DNA from: Lama glama
Lineage: Eukaryota
Length of the DNA stretch: 64,000 nt
NCBI GenBank assembly: GCA_028534125.1
Contig: CM052816.1
Span: 4,590,001 to 4,654,000 of the forward strand
Reading direction: 5' to 3'
Shown: positions 27,181 to 41,789 of the stretch, in pieces
Layout of the letters: the number at the start of each line of letters is the position of its first letter
How positions within the stretch are numbered: the first letter of the stretch is position 1
The notes under the pieces: model-generated
What the model saw: only the letters and a program-made list of their open reading frames with translations
What the model was told of the DNA's origin: nothing
The model's database searches: none
Translations under genes and position numbers: made by a program

Positions 27181-29919
27181 TTTCTCAGTAAACTCCCGTG
27201 AAATCAATGGTGTTGTGTTGATAGTGATTATTGTAATACATTACAGGCTGATAGAACATAAATGCTAAGTGTGCAAAGGTGTAAGCTATAGAAACAATTT
27301 AAAATAACTCAGATTGAGTTTTTCCTAAATAACACGAAAGTAATTCTTATCCACAGATCAAAGACATTGAAATTACATCTCACAAGAATAGATGCAGAAA
27401 AACATTTCATTCTTGATTGGGTTATTTTATTTTTTTAAAGTAAGTGGAAGTATTAATTTCAATTTTTAAAACCTACTTGACCTTCCTAATCCATTGTGGT
27501 AATTTCCATGATTACTAAATAACAATTCAAAATGTTCATACAATCCAACAAATGTTAAGTAATTCTATGTCCAAAGCACCTTGATTGCTTGAGGTCTTTA
27601 TTCACTTGAACCTGGGATTGAAGAGGGAATAATTAACATTTCTTTAGGACATAAGAAATTTCTTCTTACCAAAATACATACATATTCCCCACCCCACCTT
27701 TGTCAGTATTACAGTTCTCTTATCTCCTCCACAGTGCTCTAATCACTTGCTTCATCATGCTATCACAATTAGAAATTATAGATTTATTTGTGTATTTTTT
27801 AAATCTGACTCTCTCACTAAACAGTAAGCTCCATGAGGAAGGAAATTATGTCCAATTTTCTCCTAGTGCAGTATTCTCTGTACCAAGCACCACAACTACC
27901 ATATAATAGGCACTTAAGAAATATTTGTTGAATAAATAAACGTATTTTAGAGGAATAATTAAACTTTTACCTCTTTCATTGAACTCCAAGGCAAGATTAC
28001 CCTTGCCATCATTTTAATATCCAAAAGCAACCCAACTAAGTCAGCTACTTCCAAAAGATCATTTGGAATTATTTGCACAGCCTCAGAGTTCTCCACCATG
28101 ACCACAGGAAACACAGAAACATACTCTCTTGCCTGAGATAAATGAATCCATCAAAGAAAATACATGCTGCCAATGACTTCCAAACACTCTGCTGGGTGAC
28201 TGGCAAGAGAGAGGATAAACCGGCCTTGCCAAGTGGACTAGTCACTCTCTCCGAATCGGCACTCATCATGGTTGACTTAGCACCCAGGAACTGTTCTCCA
28301 AAAGCCCAGGAAACAAGTACACTTGCCTGATGAATGTGAATGTGTTTGCTTCTGCAGTTCACTCTGACCCACAGTGACTGATGTGTGGCGCTATGGGTCA
28401 TAATGATAAAACCACGAAATCTAATCACTGGTACCTATAATGAGCTCCCCCTGGCTAAGCCCCCTGAAACTGTATCTGAGCAAAGATCTTTCTAACACGC
28501 TCAGGTGACTTAGGTCATTATCCAATCATTTATATTTTTGGAAAGGCCTTTGAGCAATAAGCTCAGAGTGTTTCACAGTCTTTAAAAATCAGGTCTGTAA
28601 GAAAACACACTGTGGAAAAGCAAAAGTCCATGACATAAATCTTAATGTTGGTTTAAAGCTTAATAACTGTACATTCTCATCATCTAGTCGTTTACTGTGT
28701 GTGTACAGGGAAGTGCATTATACTCAGTGGACCTACTAACCAATAAGGAATAAATTGGGGAGGCGCATTAAGCCTTTTAGACCATTAGGGTCTCATTTAG
28801 TTCACTGGAGAAGGTCATTTACTTATGACAAAGAGCCAAGGTTCCTCTCAGAGATGAGCTGTTTAATCCCAGCTCACCCACATGCTCCTGCCCAAAGTGC
28901 ATTTTCCTCGTTTAATTTCCTCTGTAGATTTTCTTTTATTTGTCCTATTTTATTTCTCCCATTTATAGTCACGTTGTCTAATTTAAACTTAATTAAAACT
29001 TTCAATTAGGAAAAAAAAAAAGGATAGTTTGGAGACCTCCCAAGAAACACTGCATTAATAGAAACTACTTAATAAGCAAACTATCTCACTGCACAGACTA
29101 GATCCAAAGCTAGGGCTTCAAAGATCCAACATTTTTTCTTCCCCAAAGTCTGGCTCATGTTGGCCAGGGATGACTAAATGTCCCAGAGCTACAGAGTCCG
29201 AAGTCTAAGATCACCATCTCTGGCTTGAGGTACACAATACAGGAGAGTATTGTGTTCGTCTGACGACTGTGACTGATTCAGGAGTGAACCATGATCTAAA
29301 TGAGAACAAAGAAAGCCAAACAACTGAAAGGACGAATTATTGGGGAAGATGCACTATCGTCTCTGTGCTTTTCAAGCTGGTAAGATGTAATTTTGGAACT
29401 TCTAGAAGGCTAGGAAGCCAACAAAGAGGTAGGCAGAGCCTAAAAATCAAGCAACAAATTATTGGAAATGTGATTTAAACACTTGATCCAGCTGTGCTTG
29501 AAGCAAGCCCTACTACTGCATTTTCCAGGTACACAGACACCCCTCCCAAAAAAAGCCTCTCCCCATTTTTTCCCCTTAGACCTCAGATCTACTGAATCAC
29601 AATCTACATTTCAACAAGATCCTTCAATGATCTGTATGCCCTTTAAAGTATTAGGAGCGCTAGCTTTAGCCATTTTGAAAAGCTGCATTTCTTTTACCTG
29701 CATTGAAATACTTTAGAGGTAGGTTCAGTTTTTATCCCTGTTTTGATGAAACTTCTCTAAGACATAGAGAAGTTCAGTTGTTCAAGATGATGCAGATAGT
29801 AAACAGTGGAAGTGGGCTCAAAACTCAGCCGGCCTGTCTCCAAAGCACCTGTCCTTAACTACCGGCCTGTACCACCAGAACTCTGCTACACTTTGATTGA
29901 CTCTGAGTGACTCTGTTAC

Positions 29920-30222
29920 TCCAGTGAATCTGATGGTGGAGGTCAGCAAGCTGGAGATCCAAGGAAGAGATGCAGTTCAAGTCCAAAGGCTGTCTGTTGA
30001 CAGAATTCCATTTTGCTCCAAGATAAAGCCCACCCACATTATGAAGAGTAATCTGTTACTCAAAGTCCACCAATTTAAATGTTAAGCTCATCCAAAAACA
30101 AATAAACAAACAAATAATAATAATTTAAAAAAAAAAACTCCTCCAAAGAAACAAATAAAATATTGTTTGACCAGATATCTGGACACCGTGGCCAAGCCAA
30201 ACTGACACATAAAATTATCACT
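29920..30222. mobile_element. Partial MLT2-like ERVL LTR
   Basis: GCTGGAGATCCAAGGAAGAGATGCAGTTCAAGTCCAAAGGC..GCCAAGCCAAACTGACACATAAAATTATCACT. Confidence 0.7.
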
Positions 30223-30378
30223 CCATTTTATGGATTGATGGAGGCAATATTTTTGCCTCCTTATGTGAAACCTAGTAGATTCAGTCATCTAAGGAAAGTG
30301 CAGGAATAGGTTCATCCTAAAGATTAGCAGCTACCTCTCTTGTCCTGGCATAAGGCCATGCTCCAAGGAATTTTTTAT

Positions 30379-30704
30379 CCTTTTTTTTAATTGAAGTATA
30401 GTCAGTTACAATGTGTCAGTTTCTAGTGTATAGCATAATGTCCCAGTCATGCAAATATATGTATATATGTAACACATATATTTTCATTTTCATATTCTTT
30501 TTCATTAAAGATATATTTACACAATGGAATACTACTCAGCGATAAAAAAGAATAAACTAATGCCATTTGCAGCAACGTGGATGGACCTGGAGATCATCAT
30601 TCTAAGTGAAGTAAGCCAGAAAGAGAAAGAAAAACACCATATGTCACTCATACGTGGAATCTAAAAAAAGAAAAAAAAAAGAAAAGAAAAGAATAAAGAG
30701 GACA
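30379..30704 (-). mobile_element. 5'-inverted camelid-type L1 insertion
   Basis: Minus-strand tail TTTTTTTTAATTGAAGTATAGTCAG (to ~30510) abuts plus-strand CACAATGGAATACTACTCAGC. A degenerate TSD reads CCAAGGAATTTTTTAT (30363) and CCAAGTAATTTTATAT (30705). Confidence 0.85.
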
Positions 30705-31999
30705 CCAAGTAATTTTATATGCCCCACAGGTTGGCCTAGAAACTCATCAGAGGCCAGTATGGCCACAGCTGCTCCTGCTCTGGGGTTTCCCAGCTGGTGG
30801 CATCAAGGTTCTCACCCATACATTTACTAAAAAGGCCACTGGTCATCAGAAACATGAAGGGCAGCCTGAGAGGACATGGATGGCCAGGTGAGATTTGGGC
30901 CCTAGTTTTCTGTCCTAAAGGAATGTAAATACCCTAAAAACAAAAGAAATGGACTTACACAGAGTACCTTATCAGAAACACCGATCTCTTCCTGATTTGA
31001 CTTCTTTTTTTAAAGTCATTGTTTGATTTGTGGTTTGGATGTCACATATTTCAAAGAAATATTTGGGTTTCTCTGGGTCACACTTTAGCTTGTTACCTTG
31101 ATTAAATGCAAGTGGATCTGTCTTCATGCTTTTAAAATAAAAATCCACCATATTCTTCCTTATTTTCACATTCTCCTTTAAGCTTTTTCTATTTTTCTTT
31201 CTACATTGTTTTTCTCCATATTTACCCTAACAGTTGTTGTATTTTCCAAACAGACACACCCTGGGAAACCCACAGGTTACCACATCCATTAAATTCTCTG
31301 TGTTGAAGGCACCCTGACTTACTGGGACAATGGTCCCTCCTGAACTATCATGTCCATCTGCTGTTCTAAGAGAAGTGATGGGGTTTCAGACCCACTGTCT
31401 CTGATACAGAACACAGCTCAGACAGCAACATGCCAGAAGGGCACAGTGTTATGTATGATTCTGTCTTCTAGGTCCTTGGATACTGTTCAGTCATATCTCA
31501 TAGGCGCTGCAGGCCTGACCTCTGTCAGGAACCAGGGGGGCTGCTAAGCTCCCTGGAGGATACCCTGAGTGCATGGTAGACAGGTCATGGTCAAGATCAA
31601 GTAATACCAAGTGGACAGTAAGTCTACATCTTTACAAGGTGGCCCAAGTCCTTCCTTTCACAGATTCAAAGTGGAGTCCAGTTGTGAATATCTTCTCCCA
31701 ATGAGAAGGATCAAGTAGAAACTCTAGATGAGGAGCTATCCTAGGGGTAAAAAATGTGGAAGTGGTAAGGGGACTACATTAGGAGGTAGAGGGTGTGGGG
31801 GTGGGAGAGGATGCAGGGAGTATTTTACTGCAAGGTTAATGGTAGGATCCATATTAATCTCCTTGGACTCAGAACGTTTGCACTAAGGAGAAAGGGGGTC
31901 TATTTCACCTCCAGACTCACCTAGAATATTCCTGGAATGCAGAGAGGCAACTGAGTTTCTCTGCCTTTCCACCTCTCAGTGTATCACCAGGATACAGTT

Positions 32000-32600
32000 C
32001 TCAAGAAGTGACTTTAAACAACCTAAAATGAAAATCTTACCAAGTCATTCCCCTGCCTTAACTCCCCAACGATTTCTAACTGCCCTTACGATGAACAATA
32101 AAATAGTAACAGTAAGGCTGGCATTGTTTGCTATGTGCCAGGCACTGGCCTAAACTCTTTACCTTCTCTTGCCGTTCTCTGTTACCTCGTACTCCTCCTG
32201 GAATCCATGCTGAACTTCTCCAATTCTCAAAATGCCTGTCTCCCCTCCTCTCCCGGCCTTTCAATGTGTTGTTTCTTTTGCAAACATTCTTTCCCAACTG
32301 TGGTCTTGGCCAAGTCCTCTCCTCCTCAGATCAGCTTAGATAGCATGTCCACAGGGAAGCATCTCTATTACCCCCTCCAAAATAACTTCCCCTTCTTATC
32401 CGCTTCTGAGGGACTCTCATTTCCTGTTTTGTAATACTTATCACACATACAATTTCCTGTTCAATGTCTGCTTCCCCACCTGATTACAAGTCCTACAAGG
32501 GCAGAATGACATTTGTTTTTTCCATCAGTGTACCCCCTAGTACATCACCCACTGTTTCGCACATGTATATCCTTAGTAATGTTTGATGAATGAATGCAAG
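32000..32600 (+). mobile_element. L2 3' fragment
   Basis: GTCATTCCCCTGCTTAAC..TGTCTGCTTCCCCACC..AAGGGCAGAATG..GTTTGATGAATGAATG tail. Confidence 0.7.
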
Positions 32601-33589
32601 AAAACATTCCCCTCATGACATAGGATACAACAGAATTTCTGACATCTTCCCAGTCTGTACCTCAAAATTTGGGGGACCTTTTGTAGGCTTCCCCCAAGAG
32701 GAAGTTTCTTTGCCTGTGATACCAATTGTTAATCATCAAGTGAGCAAACTGAATGCACTTCCCACTGTGCCTCAGGCAGTAACACCTTCCCTCACCAAGG
32801 ACTTGGACTCAAGCCTCCAACACTATGCTCCCCAGGAACAGTCTTTAAGAAGGCTCCTCATATGTCTACAAGGTCATAAAACTCAACTTGTCAAAAGCCC
32901 CAGTGCTGCTTAATAGCATGTGAGATACATCTCAGGGCAATACTACCAGCATGGCAACCTGGGAAGGAAATTTTTATTGAGGATGGACCTACTATGTGCC
33001 CATATCATGAATCATAATGATGATGATGGTAAAGATGATAAGAATGGCATCACAATTATTTCTTGAGTGCCAGCTCATTAACCCTAGGACGATACTGCTC
33101 TGATGTTACAGAGAGGGAAAATGAGACTCAGACCGTGCCCAAGTTCACTCAGAAAATAAGAGCAGAGGTGGGAATTTAACCCAGTGCGTCAGTGTGGTTC
33201 TACATGTGGCCAGAGAATCACAGACATCAGAAGTACCTGTGTTTATTTAAAACGTGGGTTTCTGATGTATACTCCCCAGAGACTGGAATTTGAACCTTTC
33301 AGGTTGGGGGTCCATTAAACTCCCCCTTAACGCACCTTAAAGTTTGGAAGGTGTCACACTAAAGTGCAGTCTTTCCACAAACTGTCTCAAATCCACTGCT
33401 CAGTTTGCTCAGCTGTCTCTGCTTACCATGTCTGTAAAGTGGATCCTAGACTCTGAAAGGGATGACCTCCCCTCATTTTAGCTCCTAGAACCCAGCTGTA
33501 TCTTGGGTTGGTCTGATAAGGAAAAGGAACTGAGAAGAATAAAACAAATGGAGGGTTGTTCACATACATGTGTGTGAATGTTTGTTTAT

Positions 33590-35355
33590 TTTTAGCTAAA
33601 TATCTTCTTTATTAGCTCCTTACTTTGACAATAATTATAGATTCACAGCAAGTTGCTAAAAAAAACTGTACAGGAAGAATCAGTGCACCTTTAACACAGT
33701 ATCCCCCAGTGCTATCATTGCTTATATCAATATCAGGAAATTGACTTTATTCAGACACATGAACTCGTGTGTGTGCACGCGCGTGTGCGCGTGTGTTGGG
33801 TCTGTGCAATTTTGTCACACGTGTAGCTGCCTATAACTACCAGTAAAATCAAGATATAATCACCCCACAGCTCCTAAGTGCTACCCCTTTGTAACCACAC
33901 CCCCTCCCATCCCTCACTCCTGGCAAGCATTAATCTTTTCTCTATAATTGCTATTTTAACAATATTATATAAACGGAATCATGGCTTTTTTCACTCAGTG
34001 TAATTCCTCTGAGGTTCATCCAAGGCATGTTGAGTTGTTGATGTATATATATATATATATATATCAATAGTTGATTTCTTTTTATTTCTTAGTAGTATTT
34101 TCTAGTATGGATAAAACAGTTTATTCAACTATTCAGTCACTGAAAGACATTTGGGTAATTTTCAGTTGGCTGAATAAAGCTGCTGTGAGCATTCATGTAC
34201 AAATTTTCTTGTAAACATAGTTTTAATTTCTCTAGGATAAATGTTCACAAGTGTAATTGCTGAATCATATGGTAAGTCCATTTTTAGTTGTAAAGGAAAC
34301 TGCCAAACTATTTTCTAGACGGATGGTACCATTTTACATTCCCATCAGCAATGTATGAGTAATCCAGCTTCTCTGCCTCCCTGCCAGTATTCACACTATT
34401 CAGTGTTATCACAATCGTGTCATCTGCAAAAAGAGACAGTTTTATTTCTTTCTTTCCAATCTATATGCCTTTTTTTTTTTTTTGCCTTATTTCACCGGGT
34501 AGAACTTCCAGTACTGCATTCAAGCAATCCACAGGAAAGTAAGGAAAGAGAAACAGAGGAACAAGAAAGAGAAAACAAATAAAAAACAAATAAAGTGACA
34601 CACCTAAGCCCTAACATACCAATAATTACTTTAACTGTAAATGGTTTATATACAGTAATTAAAAGACAGAGATTGACAGAATGGACAAAAAATCATGACC
34701 CAATTATGCTGTCTACAGGAAACTCACTTCACACATAACAACAAATGTAGGTTGAAAGCAACAGGATTAGGAAAAGATATATTACGCAAATATTGATTTG
34801 ATTTTTTTTTTTTTACAAAAGCAGGAATGGCTATATTACTATAAGACAAAGTAGACCTCACAGCTCAGAAAATTACAAGATATACAGAGGACATTACATA
34901 ATGACTAAAAGGTCGATCCAATAAGGAGACATAGCAATACTAAAGGTGGACCTATCAAACAGCAGAGCTGTAAAAATGTGAAGCAAAAACTGATAGAGCT
35001 TAAAGGAGAAACAGGCAAATTTGTCGTTGTTGTTGGAGACTTCTCTAACCTACTCTCAGCAACTAAAGGAACTATTAGTCAGAGAACCAGTAAGAAAGTA
35101 AAATTCAATAACACCATTACCAACAGAATCTAATCAACAAATACAGACTATTCCTCCCAACAATAGAATATATACACCCTTTTGAGTGCTCATGGAACAT
35201 TCTCCAAGATAGACCATATCCCAGGCCATAAAACAAATCTTAAATTTAAAATAATTAAAATCACGCTGAGTTATGTTTTTTAGTCAAAATGGAGTCAAAC
35301 TAGAAATCAACAACAGAAAGACAACAGAAAAGTCTTCAAACACAAGAAAATTGCG
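33590..35355. mobile_element. Old L1: minus-strand 3' region (~33590-34515) abutting a plus-strand ORF2 endonuclease region (~34520-35355)
   Basis: GGAAACTGCCAAACT..TACCATTTTACATTCCCATCAGCAATGTATGAG on minus; CAATAATTACTTTAACTGTAAATGG..CATGGAACATTCTCCAAGATAGACCATAT on plus. Confidence 0.85.
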
Positions 35356-36329
35356 GATCTTTGTAAACCTCCCCTAAGGCTCTCTTCTCTCATATCACCT
35401 CAGCATACTGTTGATAACAAAAAAAAAAAAATTGTCCTGTCTATCATTTATCCATGTATTTGTCTTCCAAGATGTGAGGAAAAGAAATAAGATAAATAAA
35501 AGTACAGAAAAGTGAAATTACATCTCCAACCAGAAAAATTTCTTCTTACCCTCTCATCATATGGAAAGTAGAGGCCACTAATGGACCCCTAGAACTCTAG
35601 CCTCTGCCTGAGCTCTGCCTGCAGACTCGTAAGTAGTGTAGGATTTTCAGCTTATTCAGCTGAGATTTTAGGCATCAAAGGTAAGCCTGCCCTTCTCCTT
35701 AGCTGCCTGCTTCTTCCTGATGACATACAACCTGAAGGTACATAAGCAAGGGAGGAATGGGTCCACTGGGCAGTTGTGTGATGATCTGCAATCAGGTGTA
35801 ATTCCAGCAGAAAATTGCATTCTGCCCTTTTTCAGAGTCGAGGAGTAACGCATGAATCCAGCAGAAATGGTTCACTCTTGCCCCTTGAATGACTGGGCCT
35901 GGTTAGTCAAGGCTTCAATCTGTTCTATTCAAAGAAAAAGGCCTCTGAGTGACTTTAATCGAAATGCTGATGGACAGAAAAAGAGCCCAGACAGCCATGC
36001 CCTTTTCACTTGGGCCTCAGAGCTGAAGCAGAGAAGCCACAGAAAACAAGACTGTGGTGTTCACAGAGGTGACACTGACAACTGCAGAGCAGGGTTGGGT
36101 GGTAGGGGGGTGAATTGTTCCTTCCTGCCTGAACTGAAAAGGTCTAGAGGCAAAGAAAATACATTGCACTCAGAAAGTGGAGAGCTTCCATTCTGCTTTC
36201 AAACACAGATGGTGCCTCTAACCTTGGCTTCTTTCGTCAGGCTTTATGTCCCATTGGCTCCCGGGTGGAAAACAGCTACCTGGTTCGAGCTAATGGTTAT
36301 GTTTTGATGGAAAAATAAGTGCTTTTCTG

Positions 36330-36860
36330 CTGTTTAAACCCCTTCAATGACTCTCTAATATCCTCGGAATAAAGTTGAAATTCCTTACTGTGGCTTGTGG
36401 GCAATCCCTCATGAATTGCCCCATCTAGTGTGCACCCTTCGCATCCTCTCTCCCCAAACTTCCCCTTTGTTCTATACTCAGGATGAGCCTCCGTCAGGTC
36501 CTCTGCTACATCAAGTTCTTCCTCACCCTGAGCCTTTGAATACTCTGCTGTCTCTACATAGCACCTACTTCAGCCTCTACACTTGGCTAACTCTTACTCA
36601 TATTCTGGATCTGATTTAAATGTCACTTCTTTCCTGGATCCCACCTACACCACTTGGAGAAATATGTAGCATGTGCACTGACCCTGCTTTAGCCCTTACC
36701 CATTTTGTGGTTGTGCTTGCTTAATAGCATCTCTCCGTGCTAGACCGGGAACTCCATGTAGACAGGAACCACGTTTAGCTTACCCATCATTTATCCTCCT
36801 CTCCTATGGTGCCTCATACATTATAGGCACTCAGTAATTACTTGTTGAATAAACAAATTC
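36330..36860 (+). mobile_element. L2 3' fragment
   Basis: TTTAAACCCCTTCAATGACTC..CTAGACCGGGAACTCCATG..TAGGCACTCAGTAATTACTTGTTGAATAAA. Confidence 0.72.
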
Positions 36861-37646
36861 ATAATCAAAAGAAGAAAAGCAAAGAGGTCCTATTTTCTGG
36901 TGTTAAAGTTGCCTCCTCTATGAACACAAGGCCCACTCAAAGGTGCTATTATTAGGCATTAATCATCAGGGCATGGCTTCTGGTTCCCAACTATGAATTC
37001 ACATGAGAAGCATCTGTAGAAGGTTTTTGAGGTACCAGTCTTTCCACATACTGACTCAGCGCCCTTCAACAAACATCTGATGAGTTAGTACATAAACAAG
37101 CATCAGAGAAGGATATTGTTCTCATCCAAAAACCACCTGCAGCCTCCTCACTGCTTATGACTTCACTGCCCAACAATGACTCTTCCCTGCCTTTCCATTT
37201 ATTTTGATAAGAAATGGAAAAATAACTGAAATATGAGACGAAGGTTCTGGATTTTAAAAACAACTTCGTAAAAAGCAACAACTTAGTCTGCTTGAACCTC
37301 AGTTTCTTCACCAAAGGAAGGTGTCAGGCCCTGCTCTGCACACCTCAAGATAAATGAGTGTATGTAGAAAAGCTTCTGTAAGACATAAAGCCCAACAGAA
37401 GGTAAGCCATTCCTTAACGCCAAAACTCAAACTCAAGTTCACAAATCCGTGTTCTTCCATTTCCTCTGTATCAGCCCAGTAGAGAGTTAGGGAAAAGTCT
37501 GGACGTGAACACGACTCAAAAGGAACAGATCAAAGACTATTTCATAAAACGGATGCTTAAAATTCCACCCAGAACGCATCATGTTCTGAGAGGTTCCTGC
37601 CCTGGCTCTCTCCTCTGATACCCATGCTGCTTCCAGTGCTCAGCAG

Positions 37647-37871
37647 CAGTGACTGGCAGACTTCTTCCAGTAGAAGGTCAGATGATACATGCTTTAGATT
37701 TTGAGGGCCACGCAATCTCTGTCACAACCACTCAACTCGGCCGCTGCAGTGGGAAGGCAGCATAGATGAAAATGTAAGCACACAACTTTGGCTGTGCTCA
37801 TACAAAACCTTATTTACAAAAACAGGCTGTGAACCACACGACTTCTGTGAGCCAAAACTTGCTGAACCCTG
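37647..37871. mobile_element. hAT DNA transposon (MER58A-like)
   Basis: TCTCTGTCACAACCACTCAACTC..GCAGCATAGA..CCTTATTTACAAAAACAGG..TTGCTGAACCCTG. Confidence 0.75.
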
Positions 37872-40800
37872 TTCTAGAGAGACCCTGAAGAGCAAACTCT
37901 CTTACAGGTGGATTTCCTGGAAAGCAGACTCTGAGATAGAAATTAGCACATAAGAGGTTTAGGAAGATAAGTTCTTGGGGTCAACACCGTTGGAAGGGCA
38001 GGTAGCAAGACTGGGCAAGGCAGGAAGCTGAGCTGTGATGCAGCCCCATTAAAAGTCTCAGTCAATGACTCTTCAGAGTTGTACCAGACTATGAGTAGGG
38101 GGCCAAGCCTTTATACCCCTGCCAACTGGTCATTGGAGAGAGTCCATCCCGAGAAAGGGACATGATCTTGGGCAAGGAGGAGCTCTTCAACTGGGGCAAC
38201 TCCTGTAGCAACTGGCAGCTTGCAGAGATCCCAATAGCTGGAATGGATGCTCTTCAGAAAGCACCCTATCATCCATCTCCCTCGGGATTTTGCTCTCTTT
38301 TCATAAAGCAACAGTTTGTTTCAGGTCAATGTTTCAACTACATGAAATACTTATCTTAAGAGTTTCTAACATCACCACAGCCAGATTTAGAAAATCCTAG
38401 CATCTCAGCATATTCCCCAAATCTCTCTCTAAAGGAACATAGAGAAAAGTCAGATCATTCTGGTTCACTGCTTTTCTTATGTTCCTTCCAAACTCCAATC
38501 TCTGGTGGACAACAGTAGAAATATGGGTAGGGGTCATAAAGGAGTCATGCTCAAAGTTTATTTAAGCCATTACTTAAAGTCTACCCCAAAGAGGGCAAGT
38601 TTTTGGTGACCAAGTTATATTACTGTGAGCTCTACTGGTAACAAGTCTGGCTCTCAAATGCTACTTCATAGATGGAGGGCAGGGAAAAATCCCAGGAAAG
38701 GAAAGGCACTGCAGGATGTCCTCCAATATTAAAACAAGAAATGTGCTTTAGTGGATTTAGTGTATTCAGTCATATCCAAAGTTTTCCATTATAAAAAGAA
38801 CTGAGATACATGAAGTTGAGAGCCAGGCTAGGTTATTTCTAGGAAGTTTTCCAACTGAGAGTGTAAGATTCCAAGGGACCCAATCGGGTCTTCAGCTTTT
38901 TACAAACTTCAGTTTCACTAACTGCACACACTTTAAAGAACTACATTGAAGCTGACCTTTGTCAATAAGCCAGTGCACAACCCGCAGTCAAAATGCATTG
39001 AGTGGTTTCATAGCAATAGCTGGGGCTGATTGGCAGAGTGAGCTACAGGATATATCCTATGCCCCTCAAGAAATCAATCCAGGGGTGAAGACAGCCTCAG
39101 GGTTTTGAGGGTGGTTCTTAGCAGGATGGGACTAGAATGCCTGGATTTTCTGGTGGAAAGAAGAGAGAGCTGGATTTGCACAGCCCGGGGCCTGAGACTT
39201 TCCTTGTGGGCTTTACTTTCCCAGTGACAAAATGAAGGAAAGGATCCAAAGGAACTTCAGGCTTCCTCTGAGCTCCAACATTCCATAACTAAAATGTAAA
39301 CTAGGTCCAGTAATTTGCCTGCCATCTGTGCCCCCCACAGAATTAAACCAAAGAGAAACTATCAAAGAAATGTCCAAGCAAACATGTAATTTGTCTTTGG
39401 ATAGACAGCAAGCTACTACTGAGAGGACAATGTTTTCCTCAAGTGGCTCTCCAAGAGAGTCAGAATTTCACCTCATTAAGACTTTGGGTCAGACACAGAC
39501 AGGAGAGAAGCTATTCCTCATTAACACAAGCTGTGGCATTCTTCACAAAAGACCTTGAAAAGAATACAGACCCCAAGCTCTACGGAAAGTTTATCATCTT
39601 ATCTAGTGTTAAATCAACTGAGTAAAGTCTGTGGTCTGGAAAAAGTCTACATTAGCATGCAGATAAAGATGGAATCAAAACTATTTACAGATAAACTAAG
39701 TCAGAAAATCTGCAATGGTCAAAGAGACACAATACTTTTAAGTCACTTAAGCCTAGCACCAAACTGGCCAAATGCTACTAGCCAACGTCTAGAAACTCAT
39801 TACCTACTGCTTCTAATAATGTAGTTGGCTCTTCTGGCCCCTGAGGTTTCTAACTGAGCATCAGTTTGCATTTCAACTACTGAGACACTGAGACATCTGC
39901 AGGTGTATCAGAAGAAAGAAACCTTGATAGATTGTGCAGATGAGCTGCACTTCTTCATGTTAGGGTCCACAAGGGAATCATCTGTCCTGTGTACCAGTGT
40001 TGCCTAGGATCATCTTACCACCTCTTACATGCAAAAATAAAAATCACCTGAGAAATCAGATATGTTGAAAAAGAAAAAGAGAAAGGATGAGGGGGAAAAG
40101 TAGCAGAACACAGCCAGGATGCACATTACAGCTGTCTGTTTACTTTAATTGAATGGGTTGTGTCTTCAGGCAATCTCATTATTCTCCCTGGAGCAGGAGT
40201 GCTGAATGAAGGCACAAACCTCATTAACCTTTGAATGTAAGAATCAATAATCTGCAATAAATCTAAGCTAATTTGCTGCCAATAAATCTCCCAGAATGCT
40301 GTGTTTTGTAGCTGGGGACATTGGAGAGTATGGTAAGTTCTGTGTCTACATCAAGATGGCATCTGGGGCTTACTTTGTTGGTTTTTAAGACCTTCTAACG
40401 TAAAACAATTTATTGACATTTACACAGAACGCAGTTTTCCAGTGGGCTTAATTATCTGTTTTTTCAGTTGAGAACACAATGGGACCTTTTCTCTTTCTAT
40501 GACTGTTTCTAATAAATGACATGGATAAAGAGAAACAGGCAGGTGTCCACCTGGCAGTTCTTTCTCATATCACTGCCCTGAAAAGTAGGAACAGAGCCCA
40601 TACCGAGAAACTGGGAAGAGGTTCCTTGAGCCTACAACTGGCTTTACTCTGTGACTAGCACATAGTAGGTACCTAAAAAATATTTGTTGAAAGAATAAAT
40701 GATAGCCATGACCTTTGAGAGTCAACTTTTGCTTGCTAAATATATATATATATATTCACTATATATATGTGTCATATATACAGATGTATATGAATACATA

Positions 40801-41789
40801 TGTATATATGTACACACATACATATATAAAATGTCTGAGCAAGAGTGGGATACTTGTAAAAAAGTATCTTGTAAAAAAAAAAGAAATGGAACAATAAAGT
40901 ATTTACTAGTATTTACTAGTTTACTAGTTACAGAGAAGTGATTGAGAAACAGGATGACAAGAAAACAAAAAGGACCATGAGTCGATGCTACAATGAAAAC
41001 TCCAAGAAAGCAGCCTCTCTGTGGTGTTCACCACTAAGTCATAGCGCCTGAAACAGTGCCTGGGATAAAGCAAGTACCTGACAGGGGTTTGACGGCTGAA
41101 TGGACGGACGCATGCATGAACGCATGGATGGGTGGGTAAACAGCTGAGGAGGTACTTTCTATGATTAGGAGAAGCAGGAGAGCAGCTGTGAGCTTTCTGC
41201 GAATGGTCTCCATGGAGAGCAGAGCTCTGTAGACTAAAGCAACATCCCGCCCCTGAGCACACATACAAGGGACCAGCTTCCCTTTCCCTAATCAAGGGAA
41301 GCAGAAAAGGTGAAAGGTGTGGAGCAGCTTCACATTTGCACCACATGTCAAATGGGGGTGACAGTTACAGCACCTTTGTCATGGGAGTGTTCAGAACAGA
41401 GCCAGGCCCCAGGTAAGTGCACGCTAAGACTTACTGTTACTATTCCTGTATCAAAGGGATCGAGGGTAATCTTGGAAAAAGAGACATCGCCTTGCCTTCT
41501 TGGCGCTTAAAAATAGCAGGAAAAGCAGGCAGTAAGCACAATCTCTCAACAACGTATTAACTAAATTCAAGTGTGAGAGGGCTGACAGCGAGAACTGCCG
41601 GGGGTCATCAGCATGCACGAGACCATGGTCCCCGCAAGGATCCGTCAGAACTGCGCTACCCAAGGCAGGACGTGTTTGGCAAACATCAGGGGGTGTGTCT
41701 GCAGCCGATGCCAACTGACAGGGGCTTGACTTCAAGAATATACCACCGGCCCCTTCAACTAAATAACACACAAAAAACCAAACAACCCA

